NCBI GenBank assembly: GCA_035193785.1
Contig: CP136572.1
Coordinates: forward strand, 2,260,578 to 2,324,577
Source of the DNA: Planktothrix sp. GU0601_MAG3
Lineage (GTDB): Bacteria > Cyanobacteriota > Cyanobacteriia > Cyanobacteriales > Microcoleaceae
Direction of reading: 5' to 3'
Length of the DNA stretch: 64,000 nt
The notes under the pieces were generated by a model that was given only the letters and a program-made list of their open reading frames with translations, was not told where the DNA came from and did not search any database. Shown here in pieces: positions 1 to 12,925 of the stretch. The position numbers and the translations under genes were made by a program. Numbering within the stretch: position 1 is the first letter of the stretch; each line of letters begins with the position of its first letter.

Positions 1-433
1 GAGTGTGGATGATACCGAATCCCATAAAGGTTGGATTCAAGATATTAACGAAACCCAAAATACGATTGTTAATTACCCCATTTTAGCGGATGGCGATCGC
101 AAAGTATCCGAATTGTACGACATGATCCATCCCAACGCTAATGCCACCCTGACCGTGCGGAGTGTCTTCATCATTGACCCCAACAAAAAACTGCGTTTGA
201 GCTTCACCTATCCCCCCAGCACCGGACGCAACTTTGATGAAATTCTGCGGGTGATTGATTCTCTGCAACTGACTGACCACTACAGCGTCGCTACTCCCGC
301 CGACTGGAAAGATGGGGAAGATTGTGTGATTGTGCCTTCCCTGAAAGACCCGGAAGTCCTAAAAGAGAAGTTTCCCAAAGGTTATCAAGAAGTTAAACCC
401 TATTTACGTCTAACTCCTCAACCCAATAAATAA
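1..433 (+). CDS. 1-Cys peroxiredoxin (Prx6 family), 5' partial
   Basis: Motifs YPILADGDRKV, TVRSVFIIDP, YPPSTGRNFDEILRVIDSLQ, VATPADW; runs off window start. Confidence 0.93.
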   Translation, partial: SVDDTESHKGWIQDINETQNTIVNYPILADGDRKVSELYDMIHPNANATLTVRSVFIIDPNKKLRLSFTYPPSTGRNFDEILRVIDSLQLTDHYSVATPADWKDGEDCVIVPSLKDPEVLKEKFPKGYQEVKPYLRLTPQPNK

Positions 434-446
434 AACCATCTGCAAC

Positions 447-478
447 AAAAAACTCGGTTTCACCAAGCCGGGTTTTTT
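447..478 (+). terminator. Intrinsic terminator-like hairpin
   Basis: AAAAAACTCGGTTT-loop-AAGCCGGGTTTTTT just after prx stop. Confidence 0.6.
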
Positions 479-544
479 GCATAAGTCCTGTTAATCCCTA
501 AAATAAAAGAAACCCATTACTAAATTTTAACTAGGACGTTGCTC

Positions 545-1529
545 ATGGACATCAAAAACGGTTTTGTTGGCACAATTGGGAATACCCCATTAATTCGATT
601 AAATAGTTTCAGCGACGAAACCGGCTGTGAAATTTTAGGGAAAGCAGAATTTTTAAATCCCGGCGGGTCGGTGAAAGATCGGGCGGCTTTATATATTATT
701 AAAGATGCGGAAGCAAAAGGATTACTCAAACCCGGTGGAACCGTTGTAGAAGGAACCGCAGGCAATACTGGCATTGGATTAGCCCATATTTGTAATGCCA
801 GGGGTTACAAATGTTTAATTATTATTCCCGATACTCAATCCCCTGAGAAAATGGAAGCATTAAGAACATTAGGGGCGGAAGTTCGTCCGGTTCCCGCCGT
901 ACCCTATAAAGACCCCAATAATTATGTAAAATTATCGGGACGTTTGGCTTCAGAAATGGAAAATGCTGTTTGGGCGAATCAATTTGACAATTTAGCTAAT
1001 CGGATTGCCCATTATGAAACAACCGGGCCAGAAATTTGGCAACAAACCGATGGCAAAGTTGATGCTTGGGTGGCAGCTACCGGAAACCGGAGGAACTTTT
1101 GCGGGGGTTTCGCTGTTTTTAAAAGAGAAGAATAATCAAATTAAAACCGTTGTGGCTGACCCGATGGGTAGTGGTTTATATAGTTATGTGAAAACCGGAG
1201 AAATTAGCCTTCAAGGTAATTCGATTACTGAAGGAATTGGCAATAGTCGAATTACCGCAAATATGCAGGATGTTCCGATTGATGATGCTATTTTAGTCGA
1301 TGATCAAGAAGCGGTGCGGGTGGTCTATCAACTATTAAGAAAAGATGGCTTATTTATGGGTGGTTCGGTTGGGATTAATGTGGCGGCGGCGGTGGCTTTA
1401 GCGAAAGAAATGGGGCCAGGTCATACCATTGTAACGGTTTTATGTGATGGGGGTGCTCGTTATCAATCTAAGTTGTTTAATCAAAAATGGTTACAGGAAA
1501 GAAACCTCTGGCCGCATAATTTAGATTAG
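545..1529 (+). CDS. cysK: Cysteine synthase A-like PLP enzyme (frameshift at GAAAC 1083)
   Basis: [35 protein letters not shown]; removing one A restores ATGTGGT. Confidence 0.9.
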
Positions 1530-1822
1530 AAAACCCAACGATAGACTCCCAGAAATCGGGTTTCTGGAACAATCTTTGTATCCCAGATTTAACCAAGAAA
1601 CCTGATTTCTGATTCTCCTGTTAGGTACTTGTTTGCCCAATATCAAAACCTCTGGCAAGGAGTTGATGCCGTCGCCTAGGTTGGCGCAGAGGGGGATTTA
1701 TGGGGCGATATTCCCCGAACTCCTTGAAGAAATATGCGATCGCTTCCCGATAAACAACGGTACTTTTCAGTTTCCCGATATACTAAAAAGAGAATTTCAA
1801 CCAGACTACCTCTTTTTAGCCC

Positions 1823-4628
1823 ATGAAATCCTCTAAATGGCGATTAGGTCTTGTTACCTTCACCCTAACCAGTGCCTCTATCTCTGTTCAAGCTCAAATC
1901 ATCCCTGATGCCACCTTACCGATAAATTCTACGGTCAATCAACAACAAAACCGTTTTCAAATCGACGGGGGAACAACTGCCCGAAGCAATCTGTTTCATA
2001 GTTTCCGTGAGTTTTCCTTACCAACGGGTACGGAGGCATTTTTCAATAATTCCACAGAAATTGTTAATATTATTACTCGTGTGACGGGTGGACGGGTTTC
2101 TAACTTAGATGGACTGATTCGAGCCAATGGCATCGCTAACTTATTTTTAATTAACCCTAGCGGGATTGTTTTTGGCCCCAATGCTCGCCTTGAGATTGGG
2201 GGCTCGTTTTTGGGTAGCACGGCTGAAAGCCTTTTATTGAATGATGGCAGCGAATTCAGTGCCACTAATCCCCAAGCTCCACCCCTGCTGACCATTAATG
2301 TTCCCATCGGCTTGCAATATGGGTCAAATCCTGGAGCAATTATTAACCAATCAAGGGCTATAGATAGCAGTGGTAACGTCATCGGTTTGCAGGTTCAACC
2401 CCGCCAGACCCTAGCTTTAATGGGGGGAACAATTGGTTTTTTGGGAGGGGTTCTCACCGCACCCCAAGGACAGATTCAACTAGGGAGTGTGGGCAGTAAC
2501 GAACAAATTAGTCTGACTCAAGCAAGCACGGGGTTAACGTTTGCTTATCCAGGTGTCCGTAACTTTAATGATATTAACTTATCCCAACAGTCTAAAGTTG
2601 ATACCAGTGGAGTCGGTGGGGGTGCAATTTCCCTGCGAGGTCGGCAAATAGGTCTAACCGACAATTCTATTATTACTTCTACAACTTTAGGAAATGAACC
2701 GGGCAATAATATTTTAATTGAAGGAGAACGGTTGCAAGTTCAAAATGGCTCCTCAATTTCAACTGCCACTTTCGGAGCAGCTTCCGGTGGAGATTTAACC
2801 GTTAATACCTCCAAGTCTATTGAACTTATTGGGACTGATAATATTGTCAATATTATTTTATCTTTATTCTCTAAACCTGATATTCCTGTCTTACCGAAAG
2901 ATGGCTTATTAACTGCTAGTTTGGGAAGTGGTCGGGGAGGAGATATCACCTTAACCACAGAAACATTTACAGCACTCAATGGAGGTTTAGCTTTTACAGC
3001 CACTTTTGCCAATGGCATGGGGGGAAATGTAATCTTAAATGCCAAAGATATTAATATTATTAATGCGGGATTAATGGCAGGTACAGATAATTTCGGTACG
3101 GCTGGAAATATAATGCTAAATACTCAAACATTAAGAATGCGAGATAGTAGCGTTATTGTAACAGTAACCCTAGATGAAGGCGACGCCGGAAATTTAACCG
3201 TTAATGCTACGGATGCGATTGAAATGTTAGGCCCCCTAGAATTACCACAGACATCATATTTGGCTCAACAGAGTATTGGAGTTGGAATAACCGCATTAAC
3301 ATCTGAAACCTATGGCACTGGAGATGCTGGAGATTTAACTATCAATACTCGACAACTGACTTTAAATAATCTTGCTTTTATTACTGCATCGACAACAGGA
3401 ACAGGTCATGCCGGGAATTTAACGGTGAACGCAGAACAGTTACAGTTATCAAATGGAAGTTCTATTTCAGCAGCCACAAGGGGTTTCAATCCTGGGGGAA
3501 ACTTAATCATCAATGTTTCAGATACAGTAGAAATTATGGGTTATTCAACTAAACAAGGAAATCCCAGCATTATAGGTGTTTTAACCCAAGGTGCAGGTGC
3601 AGCAGGGGACTTAACTCTAAATACCCGGAGATTAATGATTCGAGATGGAGGACAAATATCCGCAGAAACATTGGGTTTCTGGAAATGGTGGAAATATTGA
3701 TATAAATGCCTCAGAATCTATTGAGATTATAGGTTTCAATCCAGAAGAATATTATGCTTCTGGAATTTTTGCCAGTGTTCAACCCAGTGAAAATCAAAAT
3801 CTCGGTAATGGCGGTAGTATTAAAATTAACACGGGACAGCTAACTTTAGAAGATCAAGCAAGAATTACAGTTAGTGGTGAAGGACGAGGTAATGCTGGAA
3901 ATATTGATATTCAAGCCAATTCTATTTCCCTAAGTAATAGTCAAATTAGAGGGATAACAGCAGCAGGTCAACAGGGTAATATTAACCTTCAATCTCCTAA
4001 AATTCAGTTAAGACAAGGAAGTTCAATCTCGACGAACTCCAGCAATAGAAATGGAGGAAATATTACTCTTAATACCGAGAATTTAGTGGGATTAGAAAAT
4101 AGTGATATTACAGCTAATGCGGTACAGGGAAATGGAGGACGAGTTGTGATTAATGCTCAAGGAATCTTTGGAACAGGTTATCGAGAACAAGAGAATCCGA
4201 GAACCAGTGATATTACAGCAACCAGTGATTTAGGAGCCGCATTTAACGGGAAAGTTGAGCTTAATCTTCCAATTGTTGATCCCACTTCTGGGTTAACTAA
4301 TTTACAGGAAAAGTTTGTTAATGCAGAGACATTAATTGACCAAAGTTGTATTCCAGGAAATACCAAACGCAGTCGTTTTATTATTACTGGAAGTGGGGGT
4401 TTACCCTTAAATCCTACCACCGAAACCCTGAGTTCTGATCAAGGTTGGGTTGATCATCGTTTTTCAGATCAACAAATATATCCTAATCCTTTAGTAAAGT
4501 CAAGGAATATTATGGAAGCACAAGGTTGGATTGTTCATGAAAATGGCGCGGTTGAATTAGTCGCTGAAACTACAAATTCCCGTCCTAATTCTTCATCTAT
4601 TCCTGTTCCTTCTTGTCCTAAAATATAG
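1823..4628 (+). CDS. Filamentous haemagglutinin N-terminal domain (TPS-like) large exoprotein (frameshift at GTTTC 3675)
   Basis: Signal peptide ..VQAQIIPD, NLFHSFREFS, NLFLINPSGIVFGPNARL, Gly/Asn/Thr beta-helix repeats, cyanobacterial C-terminal FIITGSGGLP and EAQGW motifs. Confidence 0.9.
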
Positions 4629-4664
4629 CAATTCTCAATAATCCCTTGACTTTTATTGAGTCCT

Positions 4665-4776
4665 AGATCCCCCCTAACCCCCCTTGGAAAAGGGGGAACC
4701 GGATTAAAAGTCTCCATTGGAAAGGGAGGGATTGGAGTTCAAAGTCCCCCTTTTTAAGGGGGATTTAGGGGGATCT
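4665..4776. repeat. Cyanobacterial REP-like palindromic repeat (TCCCCC..AAGGGGG family); partial copy at 48163-48191
   Basis: AGATCCCCCCTAACCCCCCTT...AAGGGGGATTTAGGGGGATCT inverted ends. Confidence 0.75.
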
Positions 4777-4863
4777 GATCTATGATGTAATCAGTAGTTT
4801 TCGGCGATCATTGATACCTAATTTCAAGACAAAACCCTAACAATAAAACATTACAACCTATTT

Positions 4864-7345
4864 ATGAAATCTATTTTTTACAAATTTAAGTTTCTTCTAT
4901 TTATATTACTAGGACTAACTTTAATCTTAATTTTAAGTTTAGTTAAACCTCTGGTGGGATTAACTTCAACTCCCTTAAACCTAGAAGCGCAACACCTAAC
5001 ACAACAAGGACATCAACAGTTAAATTTGGGTCAAGCTGAAACCGCTTTAGAAACTTGGAAAAAAGCCAATCAACTTTATACTAAATTATCGGATAATGAA
5101 GGAATAATCGGAAGTCAAATTAATCAAAGTCTGGCGTTACAAGCTCTAGGAAATAATTATCAAGCTTGTTTGATTTTACTCAAAGCACTTGAAATTAAAA
5201 ATAATGACCAAATTTGTCAGAGAGGAGGCGAAGAAACCGAGGCTTTTTCTCAACTTCAGAGAACAATTATAGAAGGAATTGCTTTACAGAATCTAGGGGA
5301 TATTCTTCGCAAATTAGGAAAATTAGATTTATCCCATAAAACTTTAGAAAAAAGTCTAAAAATTGCTGAATCTTTTAATAACAATAATCAAGTTAATGGA
5401 ATTATACTCAGTTTAGCCAATACAGAACAAGCTCAATATCAACAAAAATATGATTTATACAAAAGAACTGAGTTATCTCAGAATCTAAAAAATGCGATCA
5501 CCCAAGCAGAAATAGCCCTAAAACACTATCAACAAGTCGCAACTCAAACAGAAACATCTCTCCCAATTAAAGCTAATCTAAATCAACTTAATTTACGTCT
5601 GGAACTAAAAGCTGCATTAAGTAAATTTGTCAACGAAGATAATCCCAATATTCAAAAAATAATTAAGCAAAATCAGGAACAAATCTCTACTCTGTCTGAA
5701 CAATTTATAAAAGATTTATCTATCTTTTCAAATTTTTCAGCTATTCAAGAAATTTATGTTAAACTAAAGTTAGCTCAAATTTTTAGCCAGTTAGAAACTC
5801 AGGAATATTTAGACGCAGCTTGGAAACCTAACTACATCTACTCTGGAAAAAGCCAATGAAATTGACAACAAAAGATCTCAATCCTATGCTTTAGGACTGT
5901 TAGGAAAATTATCTCAACAGAAAAATCAACTTTTAGATGCTCAAAAATTAACTCAATCTGGTTTAAGTTTAGCTCGCTCCATTCGAGCTTGGGATATTAT
6001 TTATCAGTTTGATTATCAGTTAGGACAAATTTATGAAACCCAAGGAGAGGTGGAAAAAGCCTTAAATTTTTATCAAGATTCCCTAGAAATCTTAAAAAAA
6101 GTTCGTCCTAATGTGCTGGTTTCAGAATTAGATAATCAATTATCTTTCCTAGAAAAAATTAAGCCAATTTATGAAAGTTATATCTATTTAAAACTTCAAA
6201 CTCCCACACCGGAAACATTGCAAAATATAACTCAAGTTATCTCTGAACTTCAACAAGTTGAAATCGAAAATTTTTTACAATGTAATACCCTGGAAAAACA
6301 GTCTTTAGACCGAACAGTTCCGGTTATTTATATGTTGGTATTGGAAACAAAAAATCAAGTTGCTATCATTGTTCAGGGAACTAAAAAACTTGACTATCAA
6401 CTTTATCGAACTAACTGGGAAACTGTAAAATTTGCTATTAATAAATTACAAGATACTTTACAAAAAGGAGAATTTAGAAGTAGTGCTTCCCAGAATTGGT
6501 TAGATGCTAATACCCTCAAATTATATCAGCTTTTGATTCAACCGCTTGAACAGTTTTTACCCCCTCAAGGAACATTAGTATTGGTTTTAGATAGTTTGTT
6601 ACAGGGGATTCCCTTCTCTATTCTCAAAGATGAGCAAAACCATTATTTAATTGAAAAATACACTTTAGCTTTTAATTTGGGTTTTCTCCTCAAAACCTCT
6701 CCACCTTTATTTAAGCAACCTCCAAAATCGTTATTAATTGGTTTAACCCAAGCAAATCAAAATTTGTTTAGCGATTTTAAACCTTTAAAAAATGTTAAAG
6801 ATGAAATTGAAAATATTAAATCTCAAGTAGTTTCCAGCCAAGTGTTATTAGATCAGGATTTTACCCGAGAAAAATTTAATTTACAATTTAGTCAATCGAA
6901 TTTTTCTGGCTTACATATTGCGACTCATGGCGATTTTAGTTCCGATCCTAATCAAACATTTATTCTCGCCTATGATGATAAGATCTATTTGCAAGAATTA
7001 GATCAATTACTCAGAAATAGAAATCAACAAAATTTTACTCCGATTGAATTAATGGTTTTGAGCGCTTGTCAAACCGCCGCCGGAGACCGTCGCGCTAGTT
7101 TGGGTTTAGCGGGTGTTGCTATCCAAGCGGGGGCGGAAACTGTGGTAGCAAGTTTATGGAATGTTAGCGATCGCTCTACTGCTTTACTTATGAGTTTATT
7201 CTATAAAAATTTGAGAAAACCTAACATGACAAAAGCAGAAGCTTTGCATCAAGCTCAACTCGAATTGCTCCATAATAGGGAATATCAAGATTTTAATTAT
7301 CCCTATTATTGGGGAGCTTTTATTTTAGTTGGAAATCGACTTTAA
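4864..7345 (+). CDS. TPR-CHAT (caspase-like) protein with N-terminal signal/TM segment (frameshift at GAAAC 5823)
   Basis: Hydrophobic N-terminus, TPR-like helices, catalytic LHIATHG and LSACQTA motifs, C-terminal PYYWGAFILVGN. Confidence 0.9.
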
Positions 7346-7358
7346 CTGTTACATTCGA

Positions 7359-7388
7359 TGTAGAGACGCGCCATGGCGCGTCTCTACA
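7359..7388. repeat. 30-bp perfect palindrome (REP-like); related copies at about 59646-59672 and 59775-59817
   Basis: TGTAGAGACGCGCCATGGCGCGTCTCTACA between convergent genes. Confidence 0.85.
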
Positions 7389-7411
7389 GGGCGCTAGGAG
7401 GGATCATTAAT

Positions 7412-7916
7412 CTAAATTCCAACTTTAAAAACAGTTAACCCGACTTTAGAGTTAGAAATATCAGTTTCAATAGTTAGTTTATATTCTTTTCCAGACTGTA
7501 AAGGTGGATTAAATGGATAGGGAATTGTAATCACTCCTTTAGCATCCGGCGTAACTGTTTTTGCTTCTATTGTTTCTTTCTCCTATCCCTTCTGAACTTC
7601 CACTATAAACCAGACGAATAATATAATTTGTTGCGCCTTCAACCGCATACCAAGAAAACTCCGGTCTATCACTTTCTAAAGTAGAATAATTTGGGGGACT
7701 AACAATTATTGGAGTATTTTTATCCTCTGGGTTTCGGGGAGAATCTTCTATACAACCCTGGGGACTTTCACAGTTATTGGGTGTTTTTTCTTCAGCAGTA
7801 TTCTTCTGAGCTAAAGGATCAAATAACTGATTTTCTGGGGCGGCTTGAGTTAATTCACTGCTTGTAAATACAATGAAAATTAAACTAAACAAAGTTACTG
7901 CAATTTTGAGTTTCAT
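7412..7916 (-). CDS. Small secreted protein with beta-rich C-terminal domain (frameshift at GTTTC 7572)
   Basis: Signal peptide; SPPNYSTLESDRPEFSWYAVEGATNYIIRL; corrected frame continues to TAG at 7412; overlaps kinase stop. Confidence 0.7.
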
Positions 7917-9626
7917 GGAATTTGTCTAGCCTCTTTTAAACGTTGAATGGCGATGGTTTTCCAGATTTTAACCTCTATTTTATCCTGAGAGTCAGCTTCT
8001 AAACAAGCCTTCCATTCCTGTAGAGATTCAGTTTTCTGATTTTTGGCTTCTAACACCTGAGCTAATAAACAATGGCTATCCCGGCGTTTTTCATTCAGTT
8101 TAATGGCTTGTTGTAAATTATTTTCAGCCTGAATATATTCAGTTTTCATCCAATAAGCCCATCCTAAATTCTTGTGTAAAGCTGCTTGAACATTGGTGTT
8201 ACTTTTTTTCTTTAAACCATCTGAACTTAATTCAATTGCTGTTACTGGATCACCCTTTAAAATTTGCAACCGAGCTAAGTTACTCTGAGCATAAACTCCA
8301 ACGGATTGATCGGACTGCATTGCTAATTTATATTCAGTTTCCGCCTTGGAAAAATCCCCTAAATTATCATATAATTTTCCTAAATTATAATGAGCAACAT
8401 AATTTTTTGGATCAATTTCTATTGCTTTTTGATAATTTTTTTGAGCGCATTCTAAATCGTTTTCTTTGTTACAAATTAATCCCAGATTATTATATATTTT
8501 AGCAGCATTTTTATCAAAAATCAAGGCTTTTTCAAGATAAAATTTAGCTTGAGCAGAGTCACCTTTTTCCAGAAATTCTACGCTTTTCTGATAATAATAA
8601 TTAGCAATATGGGGTTTAGCTAAATAAAAGATGACACTTCCTGTTACACTTAAAGTGATCGAAACTGCAAAGAAAACTTTAAATTTATCAGATTGAATAA
8701 CTTGATAGGTGAAGCGTTCAATTTGCTTACGGCGTAAATTATAGGGGGTTAAATATTTTAAAATTTCCCTAGTATTATGGGGTCTATTATAGGATTCTGG
8801 TTCCATTAACCAATCAATATAATCAGCAAAAGCACTAGAGATTTTAGGGGCTTGGTTTCGCCAAATCAGTTGACCAGTTTTTGAATCCTTGGGAAGTTCT
8901 AGGGGAGATATTCCTGTTAGTAAATGAACAAATGTACGCCCCAAAGCAAAAAAATCTGATTGCAGTACCGCTTGTCCATTCATCTGCTCTGGGGGAGAAT
9001 AACCCCCGGAAATCACGGTAGTAACATTGCTTAAATTGATTTTTGCTAAGTGAGTCACTGTCATTTCTCTAACAGTTCCAAAGTCAATTAATGCTAAACT
9101 ATGATCGGGTTTACAAATAATATTAGCAGGTTTAATGTCCCGATGAAAAAACTTTTTGTTGTGTAAAATATCTAAAATTTCACAGATTTGTCTTAACCAT
9201 TTTAATGCTAAATCTTCCGAAATGGGAGCATGGTTACTCAACCAAGTTTCTAAATTTTCTCCGGCTATTTTTTCCATGACTAAACAGTAAAGCCGACGGG
9301 AACTTCCGGTGGGTTTAATCTTAAAAAATTCCCCCTTCTCAACTTTAGGAATACCGGGATGATCCAAATCTATTAAAATCGAAGCTTCTCGAAAAAATAG
9401 ATCAACCAGTTCGGGATCATCATATTTTAAGACCTTCATAACTTTGGAATTTCCCTGATCATCTATTTCAAAGATATCCGTTGAATATCGAGGATCAAGG
9501 GTTTCGTAGGGGTTTCAACAAGCGATAACGTCCTTGCAATAATAGAGGAGTTTCGCAGGATTGACAAAACTGCAAGGAATCGGGGTTTTCACGCGATTTA
9601 CATTCAGGGTTAATACAGTAGTTCAC
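7913..9626 (-). CDS. Ser/Thr kinase: 4-Cys prefix, kinase domain, TM helix, C-terminal TPRs (frameshift at GTTTC 9501)
   Basis: N-terminal YCINPEC..FCQSC, HRDIKPANI, DFG, GYSPPEQ, TM FFAVSITLSVTGSVIFYL, TPR repeats. Confidence 0.9.
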
Positions 9627-9641
9627 ACATTTATTTAATAT

Positions 9642-10967
9642 TTATAAATGAGACAATTGATGCTGTTTGATATACTTTTGAATCAGGGGTTGTAGGCTAA
9701 ATAGAACTTCATTACTCGGTTGATTTTGGATTTTTTCAACCAGCGATCGCCCTAATAAAGATTCCAAAGGTTCCAGAATTTTAGATAAACTTAAAAAATG
9801 AGATGATTTTTCTTGTAAATCTTTTAGGGATAGGGGTTTATCTGCTTCAGCTAAACAAAATAAAATTTGTTTTTGGATATCGGAAAGCCGATCAAATTGA
9901 TTGTCTAAAATATCTCGAAATCCTTCATTGATCACAATAGTGCCGTAGTTCAAAAAATCTCCTATGTCCCCTTGAAAAATATCAATAATCATCAGAGATA
10001 ATAACTTTAAAGCCAAGGGATTTCCGCTATAATAATGCACCAGTTCTTGCCAATGGTTTGTGGTTCCTTTTAAACCCTGTTCTTGTAAAATTTGCTCTAC
10101 TTCTTGAGGATTGAGTCCTTCGAGAAAAAACTGATAAACTTGAGAGGATAATTGGGCGGATAAACTAATTTCTCTGATTTTTTCCTGACTAATGACCACT
10201 AAACAACTTTGATGTTCACTTTCGCCCACGACTTCAAAAAATAGTCCGTAGTCGTCATATCCAGGAATATATTTTCCTGAACTACCACTTTGCAAAATGT
10301 GTTCAGCATCATCGAGAATAATCAGACAGGGAGAGGAGTTAAGCTGTTCTATAAGTAGGGATATTTTGCCTTCAATGGACTCAGGAATAGCAATTTCATG
10401 GTTGAGAAATTCTAGCAATTCTGTGAGTAGATCGGATAGGGAAGGTGTGTTTCTGAGCGATCGCCAAAATAAACAATAAGACTGATTTTGCAGAATTTGA
10501 CCGAGTTTAACTATTAAGCTAGTTTTACCGATCCCACCCATACCTTGTATTGCTAACAGTCTACATTGTTGTTGTAATATCTGATTTTTTAGCAGAGTTA
10601 GTTGTGGTTGGCGTCCATGAAATCCATAGAGTTTAGGCGCTTCACCCCAGTCATTCTTAAAGCCATTGGGATCGGTTTTGTCAGGTAAAACAGTCTGATA
10701 TTCCTGGTAACGAGACATCAATAATTTTTGCAGTTTCGCCAGTTTTACCGGGCCTTTTCCCTCAATTTCAAACTTATCATAGACTTGGCTCAGGCGCTGG
10801 CGTACTGCGGAAGCCTGAATTTGAATTTGTTCAGCGATCTCTGGAATATCATAACCTTGGGTGATCAAAGCCATGACTTCCCCTTCTGAGCGGGAAAGCT
10901 TACGTTGTTTGGCTTCCTGTTGTATAAATGCTTCCAGTTTTGAATCAGTTTTTTCCATCATTCTCAT
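9642..10967 (-). CDS. LuxR-like HTH + NB-ARC (STAND) protein without C-terminal WD40/TPR repeats
   Basis: LSRSEGEV..IAEQIQIQASAVRQRLSQVYDKF HTH; DWGEAP; Walker A GMGGIGKT; Walker B LIILDD; GNPLAL. Confidence 0.88.
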   Translation of the reverse strand: MRMMEKTDSKLEAFIQQEAKQRKLSRSEGEVMALITQGYDIPEIAEQIQIQASAVRQRLSQVYDKFEIEGKGPVKLAKLQKLLMSRYQEYQTVLPDKTDPNGFKNDWGEAPKLYGFHGRQPQLTLLKNQILQQQCRLLAIQGMGGIGKTSLIVKLGQILQNQSYCLFWRSLRNTPSLSDLLTELLEFLNHEIAIPESIEGKISLLIEQLNSSPCLIILDDAEHILQSGSSGKYIPGYDDYGLFFEVVGESEHQSCLVVISQEKIREISLSAQLSSQVYQFFLEGLNPQEVEQILQEQGLKGTTNHWQELVHYYSGNPLALKLLSLMIIDIFQGDIGDFLNYGTIVINEGFRDILDNQFDRLSDIQKQILFCLAEADKPLSLKDLQEKSSHFLSLSKILEPLESLLGRSLVEKIQNQPSNEVLFSLQPLIQKYIKQHQLSHL

Positions 10968-11043
10968 CCTTTTCTAACTTCTACCCTGGAACCTTTATGA
11001 TGATTATAACCTTTCTTGCCAGCGACTGTTTGTATTTGGCTAA

Positions 11044-12748
11044 TCATATCTGATTCATGTCAGTTTGGTTCTGTTTAGAAGCTAAAAAAGATTGATAGTT
11101 TTTCAGGGCTTTTGGTTCGGAGGGAACAGCTTTTTTCATTAAAATTACCCCATCTCTAAAATCAATAATCCCGTATTCTTTCTTAGCCGTTAATTGTTCA
11201 ATTCGTTGGGTAATTTCTTTGAAAGCATCGCGATCGCCTGAAAACGCAATCCCATATTTTTTTAATTGCCATAAATCCGCTAGAACATAGTCAACAGAAA
11301 CCACCTTCCCCGCATCATTTCTTAACTGATATAACGGAAACCTTAATACCTCCCGACGACTAGATAAATGGGGCACAATATAGGTCGTGGTAGCCACACT
11401 AGCATCGGCGGGAATGGCATCTATTAATGGTCTAAATTGACTAATATGCGACCACTGGGTGGTGACGGGAATATAAACCCAAGGATCAACCGAATCAGGA
11501 ATAATAAAATAGAGACTACGATGGGGATTGGATGTGAAACTAAAGAATAATGATAACCCAATACAAAATAACCAAAATCGACGGAATTTGACCGAGGGTA
11601 AGGAAACCTTGGCTCCCGAAATTTCTCCTGATTCGGGGTTTAATTGTAGGTCAGACTGTTCTTGTAACTGTTTTTGACGATTTGACCACCATAAAATTGT
11701 GCCATAAAACAACCCAGGAACCACCGTTAAAGCGTAACGAATCGTAATGGATAATACCGATTCTCCCTTAGCCATAAATAGTTTTAATAAAGGAAAACCC
11801 GCGATCATCCAAGACGCTGGAGCGATCGCCGGAATAAAAGCCAAGGGCAACCATTGACCTAATAAATATTTTAATGTTCCCCCAAAAGGAGTAAAAATTT
11901 CCATCAGCAATCTGCCGGGATTACTAATAATTCCCCAAAGAATTTCTAAGGTTGAAGCTTTATCTCCATCGGCATATTGACCAAACCTTTCCATCATAAA
12001 CCGTTCGGAAATATCAGCCGAAAATAAGGGCATAATTAAATTAGTTAGGGCTAAAATATAACCAAAACTCAGGAAACAAACGAGCACGCCCTGAATGGGA
12101 TGGCGTTTACTCAAAATTAGGTAAACCCCAACCCCAAATAAAATAATCCCCGAATCCTCTCGCACCATTAAAATTAAAACGGCACAGATCCAAAATAGCC
12201 ACCACCAGCGTTTTTCCATCGCTAGTAGCGCGGTGAACATAAATAAGGGAATTTGACAGATATCATGGAAATTACTTAGGGTGGGGCCGATCACCGCATT
12301 AGCCGCATAAAAGCTGACACTGATTAAGGCAGCTAGGGGGGGTTTCTAAATGCTGACGAGCTAGGAGATAAAGCACCAGTCCGGCGGCGGTAATTAATGT
12401 TACCTGCAATACCGAAAGGGTAACGGGGGAAGGAAACAGGGCGTAAAGCGGTAACCAAAGTAATAAAGCTGGGGTGAAATGCTGTCCTAAACGATGGTAA
12501 CTAACGCTGGGAAACTCCCCCTGATGGACAACATTGGTGGATAGGGCGGAAGACAGGGAACTTTGAAAAAAACGTCCCTGGGCACCATTCCAAAATACTT
12601 GATTGAAAATGCCTTGATCATAGGAGGCATAAAAACTAAAGTAACGGTGTAGAGTTAGGCTTAAACAAATGATAAAAAATGCGATCGCCACTCCCACGAC
12701 CCATTTCAACGACGAATTTTTCTGCCAGTTCTGCCCGCTTAGGAACAT
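11044..12748 (-). CDS. DUF2079-type polytopic membrane protein (putative GT-C glycosyltransferase) (frameshift at GTTTC 12342)
   Basis: YDQGIFNQVFWN, HFTP, NFHD, VRED motifs; multiple TM segments. Confidence 0.8.
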
Positions 12749-12925
12749 TTCGGATCTACCTAAATTATTTTAATGATCACCAAGACTCCCAGACACTCAA
12801 GACGGGTGAGGGATACCAAATCACAATCAGGGAATAGTCTACCATTCTCTTTCGGCTTTCGGAGTTCCACCGATCCCCAAAAAAAAATCAAATCTAAAGA
12901 AGATATTAAATTACACTATAAATAA

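Noticed and set aside
93..100. Frequent GCGATCGC octamers
   Set aside because: HIP1, a well-known cyanobacterial feature; used only as a taxonomic clue
1633..1836. 67-aa TTG ORF upstream of FHA
   Set aside because: No recognisable motif; likely promoter region
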